39,758 nucleotides of DNA from an uncultured Candidatus Saccharibacteria bacterium (GTDB taxonomy: Bacteria; Patescibacteriota; Saccharimonadia; Saccharimonadales; JAGQNJ01): positions 1-39,758 of the forward strand of contig CAZBSC010000001.1 in NCBI GenBank assembly GCA_964494845.1, written 5' to 3'. Of this stretch, positions 15,077 to 24,627 are shown piece by piece. Within the stretch, counting starts at the first letter, position 1. Each line of letters begins with the position of its first letter. The position numbers and the translations under genes were made by a program. A model generated the notes under the pieces. The model saw only the letters and a list, made by a program, of their open reading frames with translations. It ran no database searches and was not told the DNA's origin.

Positions 15077-17998
15077 ATGAGTGACCAGCAAAAATCAAAT
15101 CTAGCCGCTATAGAAGAGTCTATACTGGCCTTGTGGCAAAAAGAACACACTTTCGAAAAGAGTCTAAAGCAGCGCGAAGGCGGCAAGTATTTTAGTTTCT
15201 ATGATGGCCCTCCGTTCGCTAACGGTTTACCGCATTTCGGACATAGTCTAGTTACCAGTATCAAAGACGCTGTCTTGCGTTATAAAACTATGCGTGGGTA
15301 CTACGTTCCCCGTCGTAACGGCTGGGATTGTCATGGCTTACCCGTAGAATATGCAATTGAAAAAGATTTTGGAGTCAGTGGCAAGAAGCAAATTCTAGAG
15401 CTAGGCCTTGAGAAATTTAATAATGCTTGTCGAGATTCTATCTTTAAGTATAAGGGAGAATGGGAGATTCTATTACAGCGCCTTGGACGCTGGAGTGATT
15501 ACGATAATTATTACGCTACAGTCGATAATACCTATACTGAAAGTGTTTGGTGGGCGTTATCGCAGATCAACGACAAAGGACTGTTATACCGAGGATTCAA
15601 AAGTACAGCATATTGTCCACGTTGTGAAACACCACTATCAAATTTTGAGGTTAACGATGGCTATAAAGACAATGTGCCTGATCCTAGTTTGTACGTGAAG
15701 TTTAAATTGAAAGACGAGGACGCGTTCTTGCTTGGGTGGACAACAACCCCCTGGTCACTACCGGGTAATGCTGCGATCGCCGTTAACCCCAAAGAAGTAT
15801 ACGTGTATGTCCGCCTCAGAGACGATGATGGAAATGAAGAAACCGTTGTGTTAGCAGAGAAGCGACTCGAAGTCCTGAGTAACAGCGACTACCATATCGA
15901 GAAAGAAGTGAAAGGCACCGAGTTGGTAGGCAAAGAATACGATCCACTTTTTGAGGTAGAAGATGTTCGGAGCCTGGAGGGTGCCGAGAATCTTTATAAA
16001 ATTTGGAGTGCTGATTTTGTGAGCATTGACGATGGTACAGGGGTTTTGCATGTGGCGCCCGCCTTTGGTGAAGATGATCTGAATCTGGGCCAAGACAATA
16101 GCTTTCCAGTAATCAAAACTGTTGATACCAGTGGTAAAGTGACTGGTGGTGTTGGTTATGATGAGATCAAAGGTATGTTTTTCAAGAAAGCCGATAAGTA
16201 TATAATCGAACATTTATCAAAACTAGACAGGGTGTTTGCAGCAGAGACATTTACGCACACCTACCCATTCTGTTGGCGCTGTGATACGCCCTTGATGTAC
16301 TACGCAATCTCTAGCTGGTTTATTAAGGTTTCGGCTATTCGAAATCAGCTACTAAAGACCGCGGAGGAAATTAACTGGGTGCCAGAACATATCAAGAACG
16401 GGCGTTTTGGCAAATGGCTAGAAGGTGCGCGAGATTGGTCGGTTTCTAGAAATCGTTATTGGGGTGCACCTATGCCAGTTTGGGTTAATGAAGATGACGA
16501 AAATGATTATATTGTTATAGAAAGTTACGATATGCTCAAGAAGCTTGCCGGAGATGACACATTAGATGTTTCTGACGTGCATAGACCAAAAATCGATGAT
16601 GTTGTAATCAAAAAGGATGGCAAGACATATCGACGAGTCGAAGAGGTCCTTGATTGCTGGTTTGAATCCGGCTGCATGAGTATAGGCCAACAGCACTATC
16701 CTTTTGAGAATGAAGAGATTTTTAAGAGCACTTTCCCCGCAGATTTTATTATCGAGGGACTCGATCAAACGAGGCTTTGGTTCTATGTTCAGCATGTTGT
16801 GGCGACTATATTGTTCGATAGCCCAGCCTATAAAAATGTTGTTGTTAACGGCATGATTATGGCTGGTGACGGGCAAAAATTGAGTAAGCGTCTCAAGAAC
16901 TATCCTCCGGTAGAGGAGGTGTTTATAGACGAGGGTGCCGATAGTTTACGTTTATTTCTTCTTTCGAGCACTCAGGCTACGCAAACAGCCGATTACATGC
17001 GCTTTGATAGGAGTAGCCTGAAGGATTTGAATCGGAATGTTCTGGGCACTCTAATGAACTCATATCGTTTTTTCAAGATGTATGCCGATATCGACGACTG
17101 GAAGCCGGCGAAACCTGGCCAAGAGCCTGAAAGCACCAACGTTCTCGATCAGTGGATGCTCGCTAGGCTCAACGAAACCATAGAAGAGGTGACGATTCAG
17201 GCCGACAACTTCAAGCTAGCGCACGCTATTCAGCCGATTTTTAATCTGATCGATGACATGAGCAATTGGTACATTCGTCGTTCTAGACGTCGTTTCTGGA
17301 AAACCGAGGACGACATCGACAAGAAGCAGGCCTACGAAACGCTCTGGTATAGCTTGTTACGTATTTGCCAGCTTCTTGCGCCATGGGCACCATTTCTAAG
17401 TGACCATCTGTGGCGCGAGCTTACAAAAGGCCTAGGAATGCCACAATCAGTGCATCTAAGCGACTGGCCTGAAGCAGGCATTAAAGACCAAACAATGCTG
17501 GATGATATGGAAATGATGCGATCAATGATAAACCTGGGTTTGAGCGGAAGAGCTGATAATGGTATAAAAGTTCGACAGCCACTGCCCGGGCCAATAGTTA
17601 CAACTAAACGCCAACTTTCCTCGACAGGGTTCAAAAGCATTTTAGAGGAAGAGCTAAATGTTAAGCCTGCTACTTATCTTGTTTCGGCAACTAAACCCAA
17701 TGGCATAGAAATGGACTACAAGATCACTCCGGAATTACGACGAGAGGGAATAATGCGGGAAATTGTGCGACACGTGCAAAATGCAAGGAAGAAGGCTGGG
17801 TTGAATGTCGATGATAGAATCGAACTTTCTCTTGTCTCAAACGACAAGAATGTCTCTGAGGCTATAAAAGAACACGGTGATACGATCAAATCAGAAACCC
17901 TTGCCACTATTCTAAGTATTACCAAGCAAGAGCTTGACTACCGAGAGGAAGTGAAAGTCGAGGGTGAAATGTTAGAAATATCACTAAAAAAAGCCTGA
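15077..17998 (+). CDS. ileS: isoleucyl-tRNA synthetase, type 2 (eukaryote-like) form
   Basis: FYDGPPFANGLPHFGH (HIGH) and KLSKRL (KMSKS). There is no Cys cluster in the C-terminal region. The ATG at 15077 sits 10 nt after AAGGAG. The GTG at 15044 lies inside the leader terminator. Confidence 0.95.
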   Translation: MSDQQKSNLAAIEESILALWQKEHTFEKSLKQREGGKYFSFYDGPPFANGLPHFGHSLVTSIKDAVLRYKTMRGYYVPRRNGWDCHGLPVEYAIEKDFGVSGKKQILELGLEKFNNACRDSIFKYKGEWEILLQRLGRWSDYDNYYATVDNTYTESVWWALSQINDKGLLYRGFKSTAYCPRCETPLSNFEVNDGYKDNVPDPSLYVKFKLKDEDAFLLGWTTTPWSLPGNAAIAVNPKEVYVYVRLRDDDGNEETVVLAEKRLEVLSNSDYHIEKEVKGTELVGKEYDPLFEVEDVRSLEGAENLYKIWSADFVSIDDGTGVLHVAPAFGEDDLNLGQDNSFPVIKTVDTSGKVTGGVGYDEIKGMFFKKADKYIIEHLSKLDRVFAAETFTHTYPFCWRCDTPLMYYAISSWFIKVSAIRNQLLKTAEEINWVPEHIKNGRFGKWLEGARDWSVSRNRYWGAPMPVWVNEDDENDYIVIESYDMLKKLAGDDTLDVSDVHRPKIDDVVIKKDGKTYRRVEEVLDCWFESGCMSIGQQHYPFENEEIFKSTFPADFIIEGLDQTRLWFYVQHVVATILFDSPAYKNVVVNGMIMAGDGQKLSKRLKNYPPVEEVFIDEGADSLRLFLLSSTQATQTADYMRFDRSSLKDLNRNVLGTLMNSYRFFKMYADIDDWKPAKPGQEPESTNVLDQWMLARLNETIEEVTIQADNFKLAHAIQPIFNLIDDMSNWYIRRSRRRFWKTEDDIDKKQAYETLWYSLLRICQLLAPWAPFLSDHLWRELTKGLGMPQSVHLSDWPEAGIKDQTMLDDMEMMRSMINLGLSGRADNGIKVRQPLPGPIVTTKRQLSSTGFKSILEEELNVKPATYLVSATKPNGIEMDYKITPELRREGIMREIVRHVQNARKKAGLNVDDRIELSLVSNDKNVSEAIKEHGDTIKSETLATILSITKQELDYREEVKVEGEMLEISLKKA

Positions 17999-18150
17999 AT
18001 TCCAGTATATAATCGTTGGTATGGGTGTACCATAAACAAAAAATCCCAAAAAAACAAAATCATACGATAGGAACTTCTGTCATAGCACAGGTCTAGGTAG
18101 GCCATACTGAGGACATTGTGCTCGCCAGGTGTTTAATATAAGTCGACACT

Positions 18151-18178
18151 TTACAGAGGCGAGCAACTCTGGTAGTAT
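18151..18178 (+). promoter_or_regulatory. sigma70-like promoter candidate for rplU
   Basis: TTACAG (18151-56), 16-nt spacer, TAGTAT (18173-78), preceded by TGg (18170-72). Confidence 0.4.
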
Positions 18179-18224
18179 CTATTGGTAACTAAAATTCTTT
18201 TTAGAAAGTATCCGGAAATAAATC

Positions 18225-18533
18225 ATGAAAAAAGCAGTAATAGCAGTAGGCGGAAATCAGTACGTAGTAACAGAGGGCGATAAGCTCGAAGTTGACTTCA
18301 TGAAAGAAGCAAAAAAGACGATAGACTTCACACCTCTGTTAGTAATTGACGGTGACAAAACTACGGTGGGTACGCCAGACGTTAGTGCCTCTAAGGTAAC
18401 AGCAGAAGTGACACAACCTTTAATCAAGGCAGATAAAGTTACCTCTATAAGATACAAGTCCAAGAAACGCGTTAAAAAAGTTCATGGACATCGTCAACAC
18501 CAAACACAGCTAACGATAAAAAAGATCTCATAA
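18225..18533 (+). CDS. rplU: 50S ribosomal protein L21
   Basis: 102 aa. AVIAVGGNQYVVTEGDKLEVD is a typical L21 N-terminus, and the C-terminus is basic. Confidence 0.92.
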   Translation: MKKAVIAVGGNQYVVTEGDKLEVDFMKEAKKTIDFTPLLVIDGDKTTVGTPDVSASKVTAEVTQPLIKADKVTSIRYKSKKRVKKVHGHRQHQTQLTIKKIS

Positions 18534-18556
18534 TACCAGTATTAAAACGCTGGTAT
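18533..18556 (+). terminator. hairpin immediately after rplU (weak terminator candidate)
   Basis: ATACCAG (18533-39) pairs with CTGGTAT (18550-56) around a 10-nt loop. No clear U-tract follows. Confidence 0.25.
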
Positions 18557-18641
18557 TATATGGCTAGTTATTCTATGGCCATGGTTGTTGTGCGGATATG
18601 ATTAAAAGTGATAATCTGTGTGTTGAGGCATAGGAATCAAC

Positions 18642-19400
18642 ATGACACAAATAATCGCAATTATTAATCAAAAGGGTGGAGTAGGCAAAACAACGACTAC
18701 GATTAATGTCGCAACATTCCTTCAGAAACAAGGCAAGTCGGTTCTTATTGTTGATCTGGACCCGCAGAGCAACGCAACTAGCGGCATTGGGCTACCTAGA
18801 GAACGAGTAGAGCAATCGACATACGATGTAATTATGGGTACGACTTCTTTGGTCGACGCCGTACAGTCAATAGAGAGACTTGGTATACATATTTTGCCAT
18901 CCAAGGCATCTTTGGCTGCCGCTGAGACAGACCTGTCCTCGGAATTACAGCGAGAGAACAAACTAAAGTCGGCGCTTTCTAGTGCAGCATACGACTATAT
19001 ATTAATAGACTGCCCACCAGCGCTTGGACTACTGACGATTAATGCACTTACAGCCGCTAACTATGTATTAATCCCTGTACAGACAGAATACTACGCGATG
19101 GAAGGGCTTAGTCAGTTACTGGGAGTAGTGCAACGTATAAGGCAAGGGTTGAACCCGAACTTGGAAATTCTGGGGGTGGTTGCAACCATGTACGATAGTC
19201 GTACCTCGTTGTCTTCGCAGGTTTATGATGAGCTAAAAAAACACTTCGGTGCCAAGCTTTTTAACACCGTAATACCTCGTAACGTTAGACTAGCCGAGGC
19301 GCCTAGCCACGGCAAAACAATTGCCGAACATGACAAGTGGTCAAAAGGTGCCAGAAGCTACAAACAATTGACAAAAGAAATAGAAGAACGTGTACAATAG
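18642..19400 (+). CDS. parA: chromosome partitioning ATPase ParA/Soj
   Basis: Deviant Walker A KGGVGKTTT, plus DLDPQSNAT and ILIDCPP. Confidence 0.92.
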   Translation: MTQIIAIINQKGGVGKTTTTINVATFLQKQGKSVLIVDLDPQSNATSGIGLPRERVEQSTYDVIMGTTSLVDAVQSIERLGIHILPSKASLAAAETDLSSELQRENKLKSALSSAAYDYILIDCPPALGLLTINALTAANYVLIPVQTEYYAMEGLSQLLGVVQRIRQGLNPNLEILGVVATMYDSRTSLSSQVYDELKKHFGAKLFNTVIPRNVRLAEAPSHGKTIAEHDKWSKGARSYKQLTKEIEERVQ

Positions 19401-19404
19401 TGAG

Positions 19405-20280
19405 ATGGGAGTAGCATCTAAAAATAAGGGACTAGGCAAAGGCTTCGATGCACTAATACCAACCGACTTTGACGCGTCTATTCTAGAGTTAGCATCGGAA
19501 AAGGTTCAGAAAGTTAAGCACCAATTAGTAGAGCCAAATCCTGATCAGCCTCGTAAGCATTTTGACGAAACCGCTCTTAATGAATTGGCGAGTTCTATAA
19601 AACAATATGGAATTGTTCAGCCACTCGTGGTTACGAAAAAAAATGACAAGTTTATACTTATAGCTGGTGAAAGACGTTGGCGGGCAGCAAAAATTGCTGG
19701 GTTGAAAGAAGTTCCCGTACTAGTTAGATCACATGAAGAGTTGGAGCAACTAGAGATTGCTATTGTCGAGAATGTTCAAAGAGTGGACCTGTCGCCTCTA
19801 GAGCAGGCAGCATCGATCGAGCGCTTGCATGATCAGTTCAGCATGACTTACGAATCTATCGCAAAGAGGCTCGGCAAGGCGCCAGCAACAGTAAATAATA
19901 TAGTTAGATTACTGAATTTGCCGGATAACGCCAAAAAAGCATTATTTGAGAGTAAAATTTCTGAAGGACACGCTAGAGCTATTTTAGCGCTGAAGGGCGA
20001 TAGCCAAAAACAGCAGGAATTACTAACTAGCATAATAAGCAACGGCTGGTCCGTCAGGCAGGCTGAACAATTCGTAATAACAGCTAAACAAGGATCTTCG
20101 GGGCCAAAAGAGACAAAAGCCAAAATGGCTACTACTACTAGAGAGACCAAGCAGCTGGGTGCCTTCTTGAAAACGCCCGTGAGCATAAGGCGAACAGCGA
20201 AGGGTGGCAAACTAGAGCTACACTTTTCATCAGACGAAGATTTGGCTAGAATAATCTCACTACTTAGAAAAATTGACTAA
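19405..20280 (+). CDS. parB: chromosome partitioning protein ParB/Spo0J
   Basis: GLGKGFDALI, IVQPLVV, the ParB box AGERRWRAAK, and an HTH. I prefer the ATG at 19405 over the overlapping GTG at 19390. Confidence 0.9.
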   Translation: MGVASKNKGLGKGFDALIPTDFDASILELASEKVQKVKHQLVEPNPDQPRKHFDETALNELASSIKQYGIVQPLVVTKKNDKFILIAGERRWRAAKIAGLKEVPVLVRSHEELEQLEIAIVENVQRVDLSPLEQAASIERLHDQFSMTYESIAKRLGKAPATVNNIVRLLNLPDNAKKALFESKISEGHARAILALKGDSQKQQELLTSIISNGWSVRQAEQFVITAKQGSSGPKETKAKMATTTRETKQLGAFLKTPVSIRRTAKGGKLELHFSSDEDLARIISLLRKID

Positions 20281-20284
20281 CTTT

Positions 20285-20950
20285 TTATTCGAAAGACTTG
20301 AAAGGTAGTACTCTCAAAACTAGTTTGCCGACTATTTCATCTGCTTTGATTGCCCCAAAAACTCTAGAATCCAGAGAGTTACTTCTGTTATCGCCCATTA
20401 CAAATATTTCGTCAGTACCAACTGTTACGTCGGCTTCCCCGGACGTTGGTTGAGTACTTTGCTCGTAAGGTGTGTTTTCGTCGGGATTGTATCCATTCGG
20501 GTGGGTGTCATTATAAATAGTAACTTTGCCGCCATGCACAACGACTCGGTCACCGGGCAATCCAATAACACGTTTTATTAGTTGCCTGGACTCGTTCTGG
20601 CCTACTGAACTTTTCTCGTTTAAAGAAAACACGATTATTTCACCTCTAGAGGGCATATATGCATTGTGCGTAATTGCAGAAATAGTTTTAGGAAGTTTGT
20701 ATACTATGAGGCGATCGTTCGGCTGCAGTGTTTGTTCCATGCTCTGGCCATCAACTCTGTAGAATTGAAAAACGAAAGCCGTAAAAATTATCGCTGCAAT
20801 GGGAGCAAAAACAAGCAAAAGTGCTGTTGAGGCTATCTCTTTTAGTGCATGTGGTTTTTTCGACGGTTTGCTGGTGTCCGTTCGCCGAGTCACTGAATCT
20901 GCTGGGTTTGTCTCTTGATTTGTCTGCTCTGAATGATTGTCATTTGTCAT
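20285..20950 (-). CDS. lepB: signal peptidase I
   Basis: N-terminal TM segment, the catalytic Ser context GQSMEQTL, and box E GDNRSNSLDSR. Confidence 0.9.
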   Translation of the reverse strand: MTNDNHSEQTNQETNPADSVTRRTDTSKPSKKPHALKEIASTALLLVFAPIAAIIFTAFVFQFYRVDGQSMEQTLQPNDRLIVYKLPKTISAITHNAYMPSRGEIIVFSLNEKSSVGQNESRQLIKRVIGLPGDRVVVHGGKVTIYNDTHPNGYNPDENTPYEQSTQPTSGEADVTVGTDEIFVMGDNRSNSLDSRVFGAIKADEIVGKLVLRVLPFKSFE

Positions 20951-21030
20951 GGTTTGTATACAGCACTATACGGTATTTTCTTTTAGTGTGCTAGAGGTGA
21001 ATAGCTAAGTTTATTTTTGACTAAACAAAC

Positions 21031-21059
21031 TTTCAAATTAATACCAAAAACGTTATACT
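21031..21059 (+). promoter_or_regulatory. weak promoter candidate for the LCP gene
   Basis: TTTCAA (21031-36), 17-nt spacer, TATACT (21054-59). The ATG lies 13 nt downstream with no SD. Confidence 0.25.
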
Positions 21060-21072
21060 TACATCTACATTT

Positions 21073-22644
21073 ATGGACAATTTTAAGCCTCATCCGACAA
21101 GAAAAACTCGATCCAAAAGTGTCGACGGATTTGTTAGAAGAGCTCCGGTGACAAAGAATAACGATAGTTTTAAGGCGCCAGATGGCTACAACCCGAGAAC
21201 TTTGGGCAGTGGCAATATTCCTGACCCCAGCCGGCTAGGAAGGCGTCCTGCATACAAAAACAGTATCGATATGAGTATTGAAGAGCCGGCCAAACAGAAA
21301 AAAGGATCAAAAAAATCAAAAAAGTGGAAACCGGGAATAAAAAAAGGGTTCTTAGCGGCGACTACATTAGCGTTATTGTTTGCAGGTTTTTTAGTCGGGT
21401 TTGCCTTTCTAAGAGCAAATCAGATATTCCAAGGTGGGACAAGTGCCTTGGCTCTGGATTGCGAAGTTGACCCTGGACTTCTAAAAAGTGAAGGCGATGG
21501 TAGGGTGAATGTACTGTTATTAGGTAAGGGCGGCCCCGGTCATGATGGAGCGGATCTGACTGATACGATTATGGTCGCGAGTATCGATACTTGCCAGAAA
21601 GAGATAGGTTTACTGAGTATTCCCAGGGACCTTTACGTTCAAATGCCAGGCGACGGTTCTATGAAAATAAACGCTATTTATGCAACAGCCAAACAACAAG
21701 CAATCTATCAGGGAAAGTCAAAAAAAGAGGCTGAAAAAATAGCAATAAAATCCACAGAAAAAGTCGCCGAAGAAGTAACTGGCTTGCCGATTCACTATTA
21801 CGCAATGGTTGACTTTGAGGCGTTCAGGAAAGCCATAGATACGGTTGGGGGTATTGATATCAATGTTAAACAAGAACTATATGACCCAACAGTGGCCTGG
21901 GAAAATAACTGGAGTCCTGTAATTGCCAAAAAGGGCATGCAGCATTTTGACGGGAAGAAAGCTTTACTTTATTCGCGATCGAGACATGGTAGCGCTAGGG
22001 GGGATTTTGATCGTGCCGAGCGACAAAGAGAGGTCTTGGTTGCATTAAGGGATAAGGCTTTAAGCCTCGGAACTTTTGGCAACCCTCTTAAATTATCACA
22101 GTTACTTGACGCCTTTGGTAGACATGCTGAAACTGATTTGAGTGTCGATGACATAATGAAATTATATGAGGTGGCACAAGATGTTCAGGACCATAAAGTC
22201 ACTTCGATTGGTCTTGCTGACCCGCCAAACGACTATGTCACTACAGACAATATTGCTGGTTTATCTGTAGTTATTCCAAAGGCTGGGCTATATGATTACA
22301 GTGACATTCAGCGTTATGTAAGAATAAAGCTAAAAGATGGTTATTTGAAGAAAGAAAATGCTTCCGTGATTGTGCTCAACGGCACGACAACACCTGGATT
22401 GGCTACAAAATATTCAAACATATTGAAGGGCTACGGTTATAATGTCGGAAAAACTGGAGATGCACCGACACGAACCTATGAAAAAACCCAAGTTATAGAC
22501 TTGAGGCACGGAGACAAAAAATATACCAAACGCTATTTAGAGCTTCGTTTTAAAACACAAGCCGCGGGTAACTTGCCGGCGGGTGTTGATCCTGGGGTGG
22601 CTGATTTTGTTATAATATTAGGGAAAAATGAAACAAGCAATTAA
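21073..22644 (+). CDS. LytR-CpsA-Psr (LCP) family cell-wall glycopolymer ligase with a LytR_C-type C-terminal domain
   Basis: 523 aa. Basic N-terminus and one TM segment. LCP core NVLLLGKGG...DLTDTIMVASID...LLSIPRDLYV...KINAIYA. C-terminal VIVLNGTTTPGLA. Confidence 0.88.
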   Translation: MDNFKPHPTRKTRSKSVDGFVRRAPVTKNNDSFKAPDGYNPRTLGSGNIPDPSRLGRRPAYKNSIDMSIEEPAKQKKGSKKSKKWKPGIKKGFLAATTLALLFAGFLVGFAFLRANQIFQGGTSALALDCEVDPGLLKSEGDGRVNVLLLGKGGPGHDGADLTDTIMVASIDTCQKEIGLLSIPRDLYVQMPGDGSMKINAIYATAKQQAIYQGKSKKEAEKIAIKSTEKVAEEVTGLPIHYYAMVDFEAFRKAIDTVGGIDINVKQELYDPTVAWENNWSPVIAKKGMQHFDGKKALLYSRSRHGSARGDFDRAERQREVLVALRDKALSLGTFGNPLKLSQLLDAFGRHAETDLSVDDIMKLYEVAQDVQDHKVTSIGLADPPNDYVTTDNIAGLSVVIPKAGLYDYSDIQRYVRIKLKDGYLKKENASVIVLNGTTTPGLATKYSNILKGYGYNVGKTGDAPTRTYEKTQVIDLRHGDKKYTKRYLELRFKTQAAGNLPAGVDPGVADFVIILGKNETSN

Positions 22645-23377
22645 AAGAATTCGTCCTGCGAGTGGATATTCACATGTAATACATCTTGTGCTTACAATTC
22701 TGCTTCCGTTAATTGCATATATTTTAGTAAGAATAAATTTGTCTCAACTAGCAATTGGTATAGTGCTATTGAGTAAGTGGCGGGTCTTGGCGGTCCGACC
22801 CAGACACTGGTTCGCATATATTCGAGCAAATGCGGTAGACATCGTAGTTGGGGTGTCTATCGTTCTATTTATGACACAAACAAACTCACAAATATGGCAA
22901 ATTATATGGACTGTTGTTTATATGACATGGTTATTGCTTATTAAGCCAAGTGCAACTCTTCTGGGGGTTTCGATGCAGGCGTTAATCGCTCAGATATTTG
23001 GGCTAATGGCTTTATATTTAGTTGGTGGTGGCCCGGACACGTATATATTAGTACTTGGAACTGGGGCTGTGACTTATGTATCAGCCAGGCACTTTTTTAG
23101 TGCATTTGACGAACCCTATACGCGGTTTTTGTCTGATATTTGGGCTTACTTTGGAGCGGCCTTAGCATGGGTACTTAGCCACTGGCTTTTGTATTATGGC
23201 CTTGTTTCGCAGGTTACATTACTACTTGGTGTGTTTGGTTTTGGTTTGGGCACAATGTACTACTTACAGAAAAATGATAAACTATCCAGCCTAATACAGC
23301 GACAACTAGTTTTTATAATGGTGGCTATAACTATAGTAGTATTAGTTTTTTCTTCATGGGGAGATAAAACGGTTTAA
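22628..23377 (+). CDS. polytopic membrane protein of unknown function
   Basis: 249 aa with about 7-8 hydrophobic helices. The ATG overlaps the LCP 3' end by 17 nt. Confidence 0.6.
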   Translation: MKQAIKRIRPASGYSHVIHLVLTILLPLIAYILVRINLSQLAIGIVLLSKWRVLAVRPRHWFAYIRANAVDIVVGVSIVLFMTQTNSQIWQIIWTVVYMTWLLLIKPSATLLGVSMQALIAQIFGLMALYLVGGGPDTYILVLGTGAVTYVSARHFFSAFDEPYTRFLSDIWAYFGAALAWVLSHWLLYYGLVSQVTLLLGVFGFGLGTMYYLQKNDKLSSLIQRQLVFIMVAITIVVLVFSSWGDKTV

Positions 23378-23400
23378 AAGAATTTAGGGGGGATTAACGA

Positions 23401-24627
23401 ATGGATGACAAACAAAACGATAATAAAATAGGCTCAGGTTTTGGGAACTCTGCCGCTCAACCGATTAGCCGGGCTGAAGATACAAATAAATCAAAAATTT
23501 ATAAAATGCTATTCAGTGTTTTTGTGGTTCTAAGCCTAGGTTTTGTGGGCGGGATGCTGGGTGCTCGTACATATTGGGCGAACGGGGGTGGAGAGCCGAA
23601 TAATGCTAATAACGCAAAGCGAGTTGTTTCTGAAGAAAGTGAACTAATCAGTTCCATTGCCAAAAACGTCGGCCCAAGTGTCGTCTCCATTAATGTCACT
23701 GGAGGCAGTTCAAGGGATTCATTCTCGGGTCAGTCAATTGCACAGCAGAGTGCAGGAACAGGATTCATCATTAGCAAAGATGGCTACATAATTACCAATC
23801 GTCATGTGGTGCCGGCTGGATCGACAAAAGTAAGCATAATAATGTCTGATGGTACTGTGTTTGATGATGTGCAGGTTGTGGGGCGGACAAACGAGACGGA
23901 CCCACTTGACGTAGCTTTTTTAAAGATTACTGATACCAAGGGCAAGAAACTAATTCCAGCGAAGATAGGTGACTCGGACAATATGCAAGTAGGTGACATG
24001 GTTGTTGCTATAGGCAATGCTTTAGGTCAATTCCAGAATACAGTAACCTCTGGTATTGTATCTGGTTATGGACGTAGTGTGGACGCTAGCGATGGTCAGA
24101 GTGGCGTCGAAAGTCTTCAGAATTTGTTCCAGACAGACGCTGCTATTAATCAAGGTAATTCAGGAGGCCCACTGGTAAATTCTGACGGGGAAGTCATCGG
24201 TATTAATACTGCAATCGCGGGTGATGCACAGAATATAGGATTTGCCATACCTATAAATGACGCAAAAGGACTAATTAAAGGTGTGATAGAGAAGGGTAAG
24301 CTGATGCGGCCGTATGTTGGCGTCCGATATATTCAACTAACTGCTGAAAATGCAAAAGAATTGAAACAAAGCACAACTGAAGGTGCGTATATCCCAGAAG
24401 GATCCGATAGTCAACCAAGTATTTTACCGAACTCTCCAGCCAGCAAATCGGGTTTGGAGCCGGGCGATATTATCACAAAGATAAACGATAAAAAAGTCAC
24501 GCAAACCACTCCATTAAACTCTGTAGTCAGTAGATTTGCAGTCGGAGAGACGGTTACCGTGACATACTTGAGAGACGGCAAAGAAAAAACGGTTCAGTTG
24601 AAATTAGAGTTAATACCCCAGGATTAA
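23401..24627 (+). CDS. htrA: membrane-anchored HtrA/DegP-family serine protease with a PDZ domain
   Basis: N-terminal TM segment. Catalytic triad contexts TNRHVV, DVAFLK and GNSGGPL. C-terminal PDZ domain (GLEPGDIITKINDKKV). Confidence 0.92.
   Translation: MDDKQNDNKIGSGFGNSAAQPISRAEDTNKSKIYKMLFSVFVVLSLGFVGGMLGARTYWANGGGEPNNANNAKRVVSEESELISSIAKNVGPSVVSINVTGGSSRDSFSGQSIAQQSAGTGFIISKDGYIITNRHVVPAGSTKVSIIMSDGTVFDDVQVVGRTNETDPLDVAFLKITDTKGKKLIPAKIGDSDNMQVGDMVVAIGNALGQFQNTVTSGIVSGYGRSVDASDGQSGVESLQNLFQTDAAINQGNSGGPLVNSDGEVIGINTAIAGDAQNIGFAIPINDAKGLIKGVIEKGKLMRPYVGVRYIQLTAENAKELKQSTTEGAYIPEGSDSQPSILPNSPASKSGLEPGDIITKINDKKVTQTTPLNSVVSRFAVGETVTVTYLRDGKEKTVQLKLELIPQD

Noticed and set aside
14953-15186. 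77-aa minus-strand ORF, and the GTG 15044 extension of ileS
   Set aside because: Both run through the T-box antiterminator and terminator, and through the ileS SD. The ATG at 15077 with AAGGAG upstream gives a canonical IleRS N-terminus.
18001-18150. 150-nt unassigned spacer after ileS, containing a 42-aa hydrophobic antisense ORF and an AGCACA/TGTGCT repeat
   Set aside because: The small ORF overlaps the ileS 3' end in antisense and has no SD. The repeat is only 6 bp with a 30-nt loop. I saw no recognisable ncRNA motif (SRP, 6S or RNase P).
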